A DNA stretch of 32,000 nucleotides, taken from positions 1 through 32,000 of the forward strand of contig JAFGBS010000022.1 of the NCBI GenBank assembly GCA_016933055.1. The letters run 5' to 3'. Positions 17,910 through 26,993 of this stretch are shown piece after piece (within the stretch, counting starts at the first letter, position 1; every line of letters begins with the position of its first letter). This DNA comes from Promethearchaeota archaeon. Lineage in GTDB: Archaea; Asgardarchaeota; Lokiarchaeia; Sigyniarchaeales; Promethearchaeaceae. Below the pieces are notes generated by a model. It was not told where the DNA came from, searched no databases, and saw only the letters and a list, made by a program, of their open reading frames with translations. The position numbers were made by a program, and so were the translations under genes.

Positions 17910-19151
17910 TTAATTTGCAATAATATCGTCGTCATGATCAAGATTTTTTGGAAATATCTTCTTTTTTCTACCTTGCTTTTTTATTTCAATTAAGTCAAGT
18001 TCCTTTAATTTCTCGATATGATAAGCAATCGTTTTTCGATTAACTTCTAATTTTTCGGTGATTTTATTATTCCACATCCCGGGATCTTCATTAATCATTT
18101 GTAAAATTCTAAATGTTAATTCGCTTTTTTGAAGCTTTAATTCTATATTCGAAATGGGATTTTTTTGATAATACGGAAAATATACAAGGAAATGCGCCAC
18201 ACGTTCTTTTTTGATGATTTTATAACTTTCCAATACATCAAGATGCCAGGCTAAATTCCCAGGAGAGAGACTAGTTTTACGTAATAATTCATTAAAGTGA
18301 ATTCCTGGTTCATTTAAAACAAGATCTATGATTTTATCTCGATTTTCATTTTCTAAAACTTCTTCTAAAGATAAATTATGTTGAGTTGATAATCCGGGGA
18401 GTAACCAATTTTTCAGTTCTCGAATATATTCTTCCTTTGAGATTACAAGGCTTATTGTAATTACAATCAGAATAAGAACACTCGTAATTACTATTAATAC
18501 CCATAAGGAAACGGGACCCGGTGGAGGAGAGGATTGAAATTCAACATTATATATGGTGATAAAATAATCCTCGTTAGCTTTAAGACCCAAAACTTCGCCC
18601 TTGATGGTCCTCGTTACATTATTCCCTTGGTCTTCAGTTGGAATGATTTGCCATGCACTAAATTCAGATTTACAATAAGCAATTGAGTAATTCTTTTCAG
18701 GATCTATACCCAGTAGAGAACTTTTTTGGAAAATTAAGGATAGATTATCAATTGTATTATTACTAACAATATGTAGCACACTGTAATAATTCGGAATGAA
18801 AGTGAGGTTTTCAATTTGGGGATCTTTAGGAATATTCGATAAAAACTCTCCTATATCGATGCTAAATGATATATTAATTTCAATTGGATCAGAATCATTA
18901 ATAATCATAGAAATTTGCCGATCAAGAATGGGAGAGAAATGTTGTATGCTAAAATTCACACTGGTGTTTGCAGTTAAACTGAACTCCTTGTTGAAATTCA
19001 CGAAATCTAAGTAAATCGACTCGTATGGTTCAATATATCCGACATATTTATTTCCAAAGATATCTATCGCTATAGTTTCATGAATTGTACAACTCAACAA
19101 AATAAAAAGAAATACACCAACCACAGCGAATGAACTTTTCTTTTTTAACAT
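17910..19151 (-). CDS. Membrane-tethered transcriptional regulator (signal peptide, extracellular domain, TM, tandem wHTH)
   Basis: N-terminal hydrophobic leader, TM LWVLIVITSVLILIVITISLVI, then ENENRDKI...EPGIHFNEL...LAWHLDVLE and a second wHTH ..NRKTIAYHIEKLKELDLI. Confidence 0.88.
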   Translation of the reverse strand: MLKKKSSFAVVGVFLFILLSCTIHETIAIDIFGNKYVGYIEPYESIYLDFVNFNKEFSLTANTSVNFSIQHFSPILDRQISMIINDSDPIEINISFSIDIGEFLSNIPKDPQIENLTFIPNYYSVLHIVSNNTIDNLSLIFQKSSLLGIDPEKNYSIAYCKSEFSAWQIIPTEDQGNNVTRTIKGEVLGLKANEDYFITIYNVEFQSSPPPGPVSLWVLIVITSVLILIVITISLVISKEEYIRELKNWLLPGLSTQHNLSLEEVLENENRDKIIDLVLNEPGIHFNELLRKTSLSPGNLAWHLDVLESYKIIKKERVAHFLVYFPYYQKNPISNIELKLQKSELTFRILQMINEDPGMWNNKITEKLEVNRKTIAYHIEKLKELDLIEIKKQGRKKKIFPKNLDHDDDIIAN

Positions 19152-19187
19152 GTAAAATCTCTTTTAGTATTATTTAAAAAAAAAAAA

Positions 19188-19778
19188 TTATGCGGGAATT
19201 TCGCTTGGAATCTCAAAATTCAATGACACAGGAGTTAATGTTTTTTCAAGAACAACAGTATTTAATGGTTCTGGTAATGTCACCACAATGGAGATTGTAA
19301 TATCTAAATGGAAAATCCCCGTCTCGCCATTCAATTCATCAGGACCTAAGAGAACCATAATATCTTTTACTCCATCTCCTGCCAATTTGGTTGGTTCGAA
19401 GGTGAAAGATAATGAGGTACCACCAGGAGTCAATAAGTTAAATGTAATCTGTATTGACACAGGAACATCAATCTCACTATTTGCTTCTGAAGTTTTCAAG
19501 TTTCCTTGCATTTTACTTAATGCGTACTCATAAGCATTAATAGCTCGTTCATTAACTTGGGGCGGAGCATTCCATACTGCATCCCAACCATCAGGATTTG
19601 TACCCAGATCATCAGAAGAACTTGGTAAGCCCGCTGAGCTTATCATCAAACTCATATTAATTTCTGCACCATCTACGGTAAACCCATACATAAAAACTGG
19701 AATTAAGCCTACTAATGCCATACACGCGATGATTGCAGTCGATATTATTATAGCTTTTTTTGAAGTCATGATTTTCAT
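19188..19778 (-). CDS. Secreted or N-terminally anchored hypothetical protein
   Basis: Basic N-terminus plus hydrophobic helix, then a beta-rich soluble region. Ends 36 bp upstream of the regulator gene. Confidence 0.8.
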   Translation of the reverse strand: MKIMTSKKAIIISTAIIACMALVGLIPVFMYGFTVDGAEINMSLMISSAGLPSSSDDLGTNPDGWDAVWNAPPQVNERAINAYEYALSKMQGNLKTSEANSEIDVPVSIQITFNLLTPGGTSLSFTFEPTKLAGDGVKDIMVLLGPDELNGETGIFHLDITISIVVTLPEPLNTVVLEKTLTPVSLNFEIPSEIPA

Positions 19779-19955
19779 CTTTTTTGTGTTTTTTGGACTA
19801 ACACTAAATAATTTGAAGAAAATCTATTTATAATGAATTGAGGTATAATTTTTTCCCTAATTACAACCTATCCCACAATCTTTGATAACGGAAACTCGTT
19901 CTCTTGCATTTAGTCAACGGTTTAGTAAAATAACGTTAACATTATAACTTAACAT

Positions 19956-21272
19956 TCACGTTAATTTCACGTGAGCACGTGAAAGAATCTCTTGAGCCTT
20001 TTTTACATACTTTTTGATTTCTTCCTCTGAATGAAGTGGTGCATAAAAATGGAAATGAAAATGCATTTGGTTTCGGATTGTAAACACCGTGAGAACAAGA
20101 GCATTGAATGTACCTGAAACTCCTCCAAAAAAATTATGCAACTCATATTTTTGACTTTTTTCACCTTCGTGGAACTGAGAGAACAAATCTAAATTTCCAA
20201 GATTAGTAACTACAAAAGGTTGATTTCTGCTACGTAATTCTACGAATAAAGGAGATAATTTTTGGATCAAATCTTTTGGAACTACCCTTGAAAACAATTT
20301 ATAAATTTGGAATATCTGTTTACTTTCTAATCGATTATACAAATTTTTCTGAAATCTTTCTGCATTTTTCCAGAAGCTAATGGAAAAATCATATTTTGTT
20401 TTGAATATTACACCACCTGCAAAAAGTCCCACATCCCCACCGATTTTCTGCTTTAATTTTCTCCTTAAATTAACAGGAGAATTAATTATAGGAAAATCCG
20501 GAAGAAATGCAGTGCAAATCGCACTATGCAGCTTTATATTGTGGCTTTTGCAATTTTTTAAGAATAATTTCGTCTGATCTGTGTTAAAAACCCAAGAATA
20601 GGTACATAATTTCTGATTTTGATTGTTTTGAATGTCGATGACGGGTTTTTCCCGAGATGCAGAAAACAATTTAGAAAAGAATCTTCGGAACCCTACTATT
20701 ATCTTTACACCAATATAGACACAGAAAAAACGAAAACGTGTTTTTGGTAATTTACTTTGAATGTGTAGGGGCAAAATCTCATCCAATTTCTTCATAAGAG
20801 GAAGAATTTTCGGATTACGATTCGGATTAGATAGAAAATGGAATAAGTCTAAAAATAGAAATACCATTGACATTCCATCCCCGATCACATGCTGAAGAGT
20901 TAAAATTAGGTCTGTGAATTGGTCATCTTGAAGTAAAATCGCTCGGATTAAAGGTTTAGTGCAATTTTCTCCCATTTCAAATTCTTTTGTAAATTCATTC
21001 TCAACTATTCTGTACAACTGAGTAGAACTTTCTCTGTTCATTATTTTTAACGGTATAGATTCAATTTCTGGCCAAAACATGAAAGGTAGGTTCTGATTAT
21101 CAGTATATATTTGTGAACGTAATGCGGGATGCTTGGTTTGAATTTTATCCAATGCTTTTCTCAGATCATCTGGAATTATTTTACCTTTTATAGAAATTGC
21201 CATCGAAATGTTAGACGGTTGTCCCAAAGTCCACATCATATATTCTAATTCATTTAGTTTCCTCGTGTGCAT
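19956..21272 (-). CDS. Stand-alone condensation-domain / PapA5-AATase-like acyltransferase
   Basis: KHPALRSQI, QHVIGDGMS (HxxxDG), SPVNLR and VTNLG. Confidence 0.88.
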   Translation of the reverse strand: MHTRKLNELEYMMWTLGQPSNISMAISIKGKIIPDDLRKALDKIQTKHPALRSQIYTDNQNLPFMFWPEIESIPLKIMNRESSTQLYRIVENEFTKEFEMGENCTKPLIRAILLQDDQFTDLILTLQHVIGDGMSMVFLFLDLFHFLSNPNRNPKILPLMKKLDEILPLHIQSKLPKTRFRFFCVYIGVKIIVGFRRFFSKLFSASREKPVIDIQNNQNQKLCTYSWVFNTDQTKLFLKNCKSHNIKLHSAICTAFLPDFPIINSPVNLRRKLKQKIGGDVGLFAGGVIFKTKYDFSISFWKNAERFQKNLYNRLESKQIFQIYKLFSRVVPKDLIQKLSPLFVELRSRNQPFVVTNLGNLDLFSQFHEGEKSQKYELHNFFGGVSGTFNALVLTVFTIRNQMHFHFHFYAPLHSEEEIKKYVKKAQEILSRAHVKLT

Positions 21273-21416
21273 TTCTACATTAGGTAAATTGCCTCCATTA
21301 ATAAAAGTGTGGGGTAAAAAAATTAATGCAATCCGAATCTCTGGATATCTATACCACAGATGGCCTGAATCTTCCTTTCGGACGAATTTTTATCTGCATC
21401 TAATTTGATTTGAAAT

Positions 21417-21827
21417 TTATACCACAAAAATTAGAATCAAAAAAATAAAAAAGACGCAAATGCAACATCCGCAACCATTCTTATTTCTTGAGTTTGTAGT
21501 CTGTGATGGTGTTGGGGGAACAAATTCTATTTTCTTGCTCACTTCTACCCGTTTTTCCATTATTGCTTGATGATTTGCACGGGGACCGACTTTAGAAAAA
21601 CTACTTGCAGAATAATGTTCCTTAAAGTCTGACCAGATGAATTTCCATGCAGTATCGCACAAATGAGTGATTTTATATTCTTTTCCACAAATTTCACAGA
21701 TTTTTGAGGGTTGTTTTTTTAACAGAGCTCGGTAATCCTTGCTATTGACAAATCGTACAATATTAGAATTTTCATTTTGTTTTGCAAGTTCCGCTTTTAA
21801 TTCCGCAAGTTCTTCCTCAATTTCCAT
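21417..21827 (-). CDS. Tail-anchored hypothetical protein with coiled-coil, Zn-finger-like and Cys-rich pre-TM motifs
   Basis: EEELAELKAELAK; CEICG..THLC; terminal GCGCCICVFFIFLILIFVV*. Confidence 0.7.
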   Translation of the reverse strand: MEIEEELAELKAELAKQNENSNIVRFVNSKDYRALLKKQPSKICEICGKEYKITHLCDTAWKFIWSDFKEHYSASSFSKVGPRANHQAIMEKRVEVSKKIEFVPPTPSQTTNSRNKNGCGCCICVFFIFLILIFVV

Positions 21828-22179
21828 GTTTATACCTAGTATTAAAGACGTTATTCGGATTTATTTATTTTCTTTATCTTCATTTACGGAATTGATAAGT
21901 AGTTACACTGTTTGTAGAAATTCTGTTCGTTTTATTTGATAAATCTCCAATGCGATTTCATATCACTTCTATTGGTTCCCGAATTAAGCCAGATACCGCA
22001 CAAAGAGATGAACATATTAACAATTGAGATTTTTTCTAGATTTTTAAAGTCCAAATAATTAGATTTCACTTTTTAATAAAGTTTGTTCATATTTTCTGTG
22101 GTTATTTCTGGTTGTTTTGTTTTATTTTCTCTTTTCTAATCAACATAAAGAAAATTAATTTAAATAGTTAAAATCAGAA

Positions 22180-22899
22180 ATGGTCTTAGGAGGAATGAAG
22201 ATTATGCAAAATGAAATCTCCAAGCATTTGGACAATGCGTTTCAAGAAGATACAGAGAGATTTGCAAAAATCTTGGATTCTTCTCTTAAAGTTCGGATTA
22301 TGATTCTTCTAATCATCTATCCTGAATTATCTTTGACCCAATTAAGCAAGAAATTGAAAAAAGTAAAAAGTACAATTTCTAAACACATGAACGAGCTGAT
22401 TAAATTAGGATTAGCAAAAGAACGGGAACAAGATGTGGGAGCTTCTCTAAAACAAAAATTATACTCAAGCACAAGTAAATATGGATATTGGAGTAGGACA
22501 GATAAAGATCTGATTAATAAAAGTCCTACTGAAGTTTTAAGATACCTTAAAGAGGAATATAACTTGAAATTGAGGTCTTTTTCCTTCATAAAAGAAATCA
22601 CAGAACACGTATTATCCTATGTCAATGACTATTACTTGAATTTGAAAATTGAACACATTGATAATAACTTCGTGAAGAATCTCCACAATTGTAGTAGATG
22701 TGTGCCCCGTTTGAACTTTTTTACGAAGGAAGATTATATACAATATCAAAAGGAATTTTTGAAGTTCGAAAAAGAATTTATCAAAAAGATCGAAACTAAA
22801 TACCTTAATAATCCTCAGAATATTGCAAAGGAATATTTAGTTATTGATCAATTTCTTCCCATACGTGAAATACTTGATCATGTGGTTAAAAAAAAGTGA
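22180..22899 (+). CDS. ArsR-type wHTH transcriptional regulator
   Basis: RIMILL..YPELSLTQLSKKL..KSTISKHMNELIKLGL. Start could be 22180, 22195 or 22204. Confidence 0.88.
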   Translation: MVLGGMKIMQNEISKHLDNAFQEDTERFAKILDSSLKVRIMILLIIYPELSLTQLSKKLKKVKSTISKHMNELIKLGLAKEREQDVGASLKQKLYSSTSKYGYWSRTDKDLINKSPTEVLRYLKEEYNLKLRSFSFIKEITEHVLSYVNDYYLNLKIEHIDNNFVKNLHNCSRCVPRLNFFTKEDYIQYQKEFLKFEKEFIKKIETKYLNNPQNIAKEYLVIDQFLPIREILDHVVKKK

Positions 22900-22932
22900 C
22901 CTCGAACTGATCCTTTGTGGATTTTTTTTAGT

Positions 22933-23214
22933 AAAAATTTATCCCGTGATACCCACGTTCGGGGAATAGGGGGTATATAGTTCTGTCAATTTGGTGTAAG
23001 CTCAGGTACATCATGCTACTACTATGTATTCGACATTTGGGGTAGTTACTCGTGCTATCTTCCCGCACCGAGGACCGACCTATTCTGCATCTGAACGGGT
23101 ATTAAATGGGTTTAAATTCGTAAATTGATTCGATTTTACGAGTTTGACGTTGTTTTATGATAGTATCATGTTAAAGGGATCAAATTTTAAATGGATAGAC
23201 CCGTATAGATGTTG
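22933..23214 (+). repeat. Copy 1 of a structured non-coding repeat (candidate ncRNA or MITE-like element)
   Basis: Collinear with 24594-24926. The last 64 nt are 63/64 identical, and upstream blocks are conserved with indels. Several stems are shared. Confidence 0.9.
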
Positions 23215-23367
23215 ATTAGATGAAAAAAAATTAGTTAAGAAGATCCACTCTCATCTATCACATTTAATTTTTTCAATACACCCTCTGTCTCTTTAAAGGG
23301 ACTTCCAGTTTACTATCCCATATCTCAAATAAATTCAAAAAATAAGTAGAAAGGGAATTTTCAGCTT

Positions 23368-24555
23368 CTACGTCCTCAGTATCATTGCAATAGTTGCTTT
23401 ACAGATTTTTGCTAAAATTTCATAATCCAGGTATTTAGCTTCATCGGATTTTGTATGATAACCATCCCATCGTAAGTATGCTGTATCAGTTAGAAATAAT
23501 GCTGGAATGTCATGCTTCCAAAATGGCGTGTGGTCTGAAAGTAGTGCTGCAGGAAATACTTTTGCAATCTTTGAGAATGACATTGGTAAAAGGAATCCAA
23601 TATAAGGTAAATCGACTGATTCTTCTTTCCCAACTTTTAAAAAATCATTATACAATTTTTTTGTGTTTTTATCCCCAATAACACAAGTGAAATTTCCTGT
23701 ATGATCCTTGAATTTTGTTTTGTGTGTTCTTAATAGGAATCGAGGAATAGGCGGAAAAGGCTGAGTATGTTTACTGTTTTTAATGATTCCAACTGTATCA
23801 TAATTTATCACTGCTGAAAATTTTAATCCTAAATCCAAGGCTTTTTCGACCCATAGAGAACTACCAATAAGGCAAGCTTCTCCGAAATGAGTTTCCGTTG
23901 AATATGGTTTATATAATTCGTAAATCCCTCTATAATAATCCAATTCCTCTTTACTCATGCTATCTTTGAATTTTTTAATGAAATCTTGGAGACCTTCATG
24001 TAACGTTCTTCCTGTGTCGCGTGCATGAATCATCATTTGTACATACGTTCGATATTGCTCAATATATTTTACCTTTGTAAATTGAAAATCTTGATTGACA
24101 ATGCTGTATTTTAAATCTAATTCTCGTAGTTTTTTCCAGAAAACGGGATGTCCCTCTTCCAAAGTGAAGAAATTCGCAATCACATGTGGTGGGTTAGGGA
24201 GCTGGATCAAAATTCGGATTACCTCTAAACAAATTGCAACAGCAGTCAAATTATCATTCGCTCCGGGACAAAACTCTACCGAATCATAGTGGGAACAAAT
24301 GCAGAATGCAGGTTGAGATTCATCTCCAATATGTGCTTCGATGTTTTCAAAAGTCTCAGGAACCCCATCTAAAATAAACCCATGCGTCACCACTCGGGCA
24401 CCATATTTAGCAAGTTCATCTCTGATATACGACGCTGCTTCATTCAGTTTATCCATGGTGTCCAATGGAAATCTTGGACCTTCTAAAATTCTTATATGCT
24501 GATAAATTCGTTCCTTATCAATTTGATCAAGTAATTCGTGAAATTTCTCCGTCAT
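23368..24555 (-). CDS. M28-family metallopeptidase
   Basis: SHYDS...GANDNLTAVA, TLEEG, NYDTVG, SDHTPFW, YHTKSD. Confidence 0.95.
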   Translation of the reverse strand: MTEKFHELLDQIDKERIYQHIRILEGPRFPLDTMDKLNEAASYIRDELAKYGARVVTHGFILDGVPETFENIEAHIGDESQPAFCICSHYDSVEFCPGANDNLTAVAICLEVIRILIQLPNPPHVIANFFTLEEGHPVFWKKLRELDLKYSIVNQDFQFTKVKYIEQYRTYVQMMIHARDTGRTLHEGLQDFIKKFKDSMSKEELDYYRGIYELYKPYSTETHFGEACLIGSSLWVEKALDLGLKFSAVINYDTVGIIKNSKHTQPFPPIPRFLLRTHKTKFKDHTGNFTCVIGDKNTKKLYNDFLKVGKEESVDLPYIGFLLPMSFSKIAKVFPAALLSDHTPFWKHDIPALFLTDTAYLRWDGYHTKSDEAKYLDYEILAKICKATIAMILRT

Positions 24556-24593
24556 ACTTGAGAAATGATTTAACCAATATAAAAATCCCTAGG

Positions 24594-24926
24594 AAAAATT
24601 TATCTCGTGATATCCAAAAATATTACGTTCGGTGAATAGGGGATATATAGTAAGAAGTTCTGTCCATTTGGAGGGAGGTTTGATTCATATTATACATATA
24701 TGTGCCTCATGCTACTACTACGCATTCGGCTTTTGACCTATCCGAGGTAGGTGTTTATTCCTACGCCCACGTTCCCGCACCAAGGACCGACCTATTTTAC
24801 ATCTATACGGGCATTAAATAGGCTTAAATTCGTAAATTGATTCCAATTTATATATTTGATGGTGTTTTATGATAGTATCATGGTAAAGGGATCAAATTTT
24901 AAATGGATAGACCCGTATAGATGTTG
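24594..24926 (+). repeat. Copy 2 of the structured non-coding repeat
   Basis: See copy 1. It carries extra hairpin-forming insertions (CATAT/ATATG at 24686-24702; ACCTA/TAGGT at 24736-24752). Confidence 0.9.
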
Positions 24927-25039
24927 TTAAGATAAAAGATGGACCCCTTAATCTTATTGAGATAAATTTTATGTATACTTATTAATGGTACTCCATGAGT
25001 AAATAAAAGAAAAAATAACTTAAATATGGGAAAAAAACT

Positions 25040-25429
25040 ATGTATTGTCCAAGTTGTGGTTCGGAAATTAGTGATAATGCACGATATTGTGAATATTGCG
25101 GAACTGAACAATCAATATCTAAGGAACAATCGGAATCCAGAACTTATTCATCCCGAAAAATTGAAATTAATGTGAATACTCCTCATTCCACAGATTACAC
25201 CTATTATGAAGGAAGCACTGTCTCTCCAAAATCTCAATTAGTTTTGTTATTGTTATGGTTCTTTTTTGGAGTCTTTGGTGTACATTATTTTTATGCGGGA
25301 CGAATCGGAATGGGTCTTTTATGGTTATTTACCGGGGGTCTATTTGGAATTGGATGGTGTATCGATCTAATCGTGATCCTATCTGGTAGTTTTCAGGATA
25401 GTTTTGGTAGACCGATTGTGATTTTCTAA
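25040..25429 (+). CDS. Zn-ribbon + TM2 (NINE) domain protein (paralog of 15281-15658)
   Basis: YCPSCG...YCEYCG; PKSQ...FFGVFGVHYFYAGRIGMG...GW.ID. Confidence 0.9.
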   Translation: MYCPSCGSEISDNARYCEYCGTEQSISKEQSESRTYSSRKIEINVNTPHSTDYTYYEGSTVSPKSQLVLLLLWFFFGVFGVHYFYAGRIGMGLLWLFTGGLFGIGWCIDLIVILSGSFQDSFGRPIVIF

Positions 25430-25682
25430 ATTCTTACTTTCTTTTTGGAATATAATTCAACCCTATGAAGTATTCTGGCATCTAATTCCTCAATTTTTTT
25501 ATCTGGCGAAATCTAGAGACCTTGTATAATAATTTATTATGAAAATGGATTTTCTGCATTGGAACATTTACAAATAAACATTTACCTACAAATCAAACGT
25601 CATATTTATATTTCTGTTCTCGGTACCTTCCTTGAATAATTTAATTATTCACTACATTTTTAACATTAAACGTGAACAAACA

Positions 25683-26864
25683 ATGAGAAAATATCTGAAA
25701 TATCTAGTTCCTTTTAGCATATTCTTCATCTTAATTCCTTTCTGCTTTACCGGCATAGCGGTAGCAGATGGTACATACGGAGATCCAGAACAGAATTGGG
25801 GTATAGTAATTGGTGATGAAATATTTTATACACTTGGTTGGGACTTAGATCTAGATCTGTCCGAGGAAATCTGGGAAATGATTGATTCAACTTTACAATC
25901 ACTGAACATATCTGAAGAGTTATCTGATGTACAAGGTCACTATAATAATCTCTCTAGTATTGAAAGTGTGTATAACGTCAAGATAGGAATCGAAAATATA
26001 ACATCCTATTTCTATGAAGATACCTACTACAACAGTTCGTATGATTACATCGTAGGAAGTGTTGCATTCAAAGCTGCCAGTATGGATGAATATGGTCCCC
26101 TTAATGCGACCTTAATCTATGAAATCCAACAAAATCAGGAAATGATTGATTATTATCTGAGTATTTTTGGTTCGAATATGACTGCAGATTTTTTGATAGG
26201 GAATTTATCTCTTTATGGTCCTGGTCTTGATGATATCGACTACTTTCAATCTTGGTATAATAGTTATAACGGTACGGAGTACAACAGCCCGGACAGTCCG
26301 CCTATATTTGTTCCAACAGATTGGGATATAACCGAATTTTACGAAGAACTCAAATCCAAGGTAAATTATACGGAATTGGCTATGTATGCAAATATCCACG
26401 CTTCTGATTGGAATGACCTCACAACACAATTAGGTTTTACCACCTTAACTGTAACAGCAAAAGAGGCCGATATTAAGTACCAATTCAGCAGCATGAATAA
26501 AACTATAGTAGACAAAAACATTTATGCGATGAATATAACCAATCCAGTGACTGAAACGCGAATGGAGACTTTTGATGAGCTCTTAGGATTATTGAATATA
26601 ACCAATCTGGATTTTGGAGTGAATGCTCATGTGGAATGGGATCGAAAGGGTATATTGAAAAATGCACACATTGATTTTACCTTAGAAGGTCTTTATGATG
26701 GACATTCCTTTAAAATAACACCGGTGTTTGATATATCCATTGGTGAACACGATCGAATAAATACTGGTTATGCAACTATTCCTGGATATTCTCCTTATTT
26801 AATTGTCCTTGTCGGTATTGCAGCAGTATCTGGAATTCTTTTAAGTATTAAGAAGAAGAAATAA
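25683..26864 (+). CDS. Cell-surface glycoprotein with Loki-CTERM-like sorting signal
   Basis: Signal peptide MRKYLK...AVA, acidic body with 12 N-x-S/T sequons, and C-terminal IPGYS + TM + KKKK. Confidence 0.85.
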   Translation: MRKYLKYLVPFSIFFILIPFCFTGIAVADGTYGDPEQNWGIVIGDEIFYTLGWDLDLDLSEEIWEMIDSTLQSLNISEELSDVQGHYNNLSSIESVYNVKIGIENITSYFYEDTYYNSSYDYIVGSVAFKAASMDEYGPLNATLIYEIQQNQEMIDYYLSIFGSNMTADFLIGNLSLYGPGLDDIDYFQSWYNSYNGTEYNSPDSPPIFVPTDWDITEFYEELKSKVNYTELAMYANIHASDWNDLTTQLGFTTLTVTAKEADIKYQFSSMNKTIVDKNIYAMNITNPVTETRMETFDELLGLLNITNLDFGVNAHVEWDRKGILKNAHIDFTLEGLYDGHSFKITPVFDISIGEHDRINTGYATIPGYSPYLIVLVGIAAVSGILLSIKKKK

Positions 26865-26993
26865 TAAAATTCAATTCACCTTTCATTTTTTTTCTATTTC
26901 CAACAACCCTTATTGGGTAGAAACTTGGTCTAATCTAGAAAACCATTGCAGTTGCTCCATATTTTTAAATGAAGTCGGTCCTATCTAATTCTG

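Noticed and set aside
22933-24926. Interpretation of the repeats as a CRISPR array, group II intron, or IscB/TnpB omegaRNA
   Set aside because: There is no repeat-spacer periodicity, no domain V motif and no associated nuclease, transposase or RT gene in the window. Resemblance to omegaRNA words (TACGTT, ATATAG) is too weak to claim.
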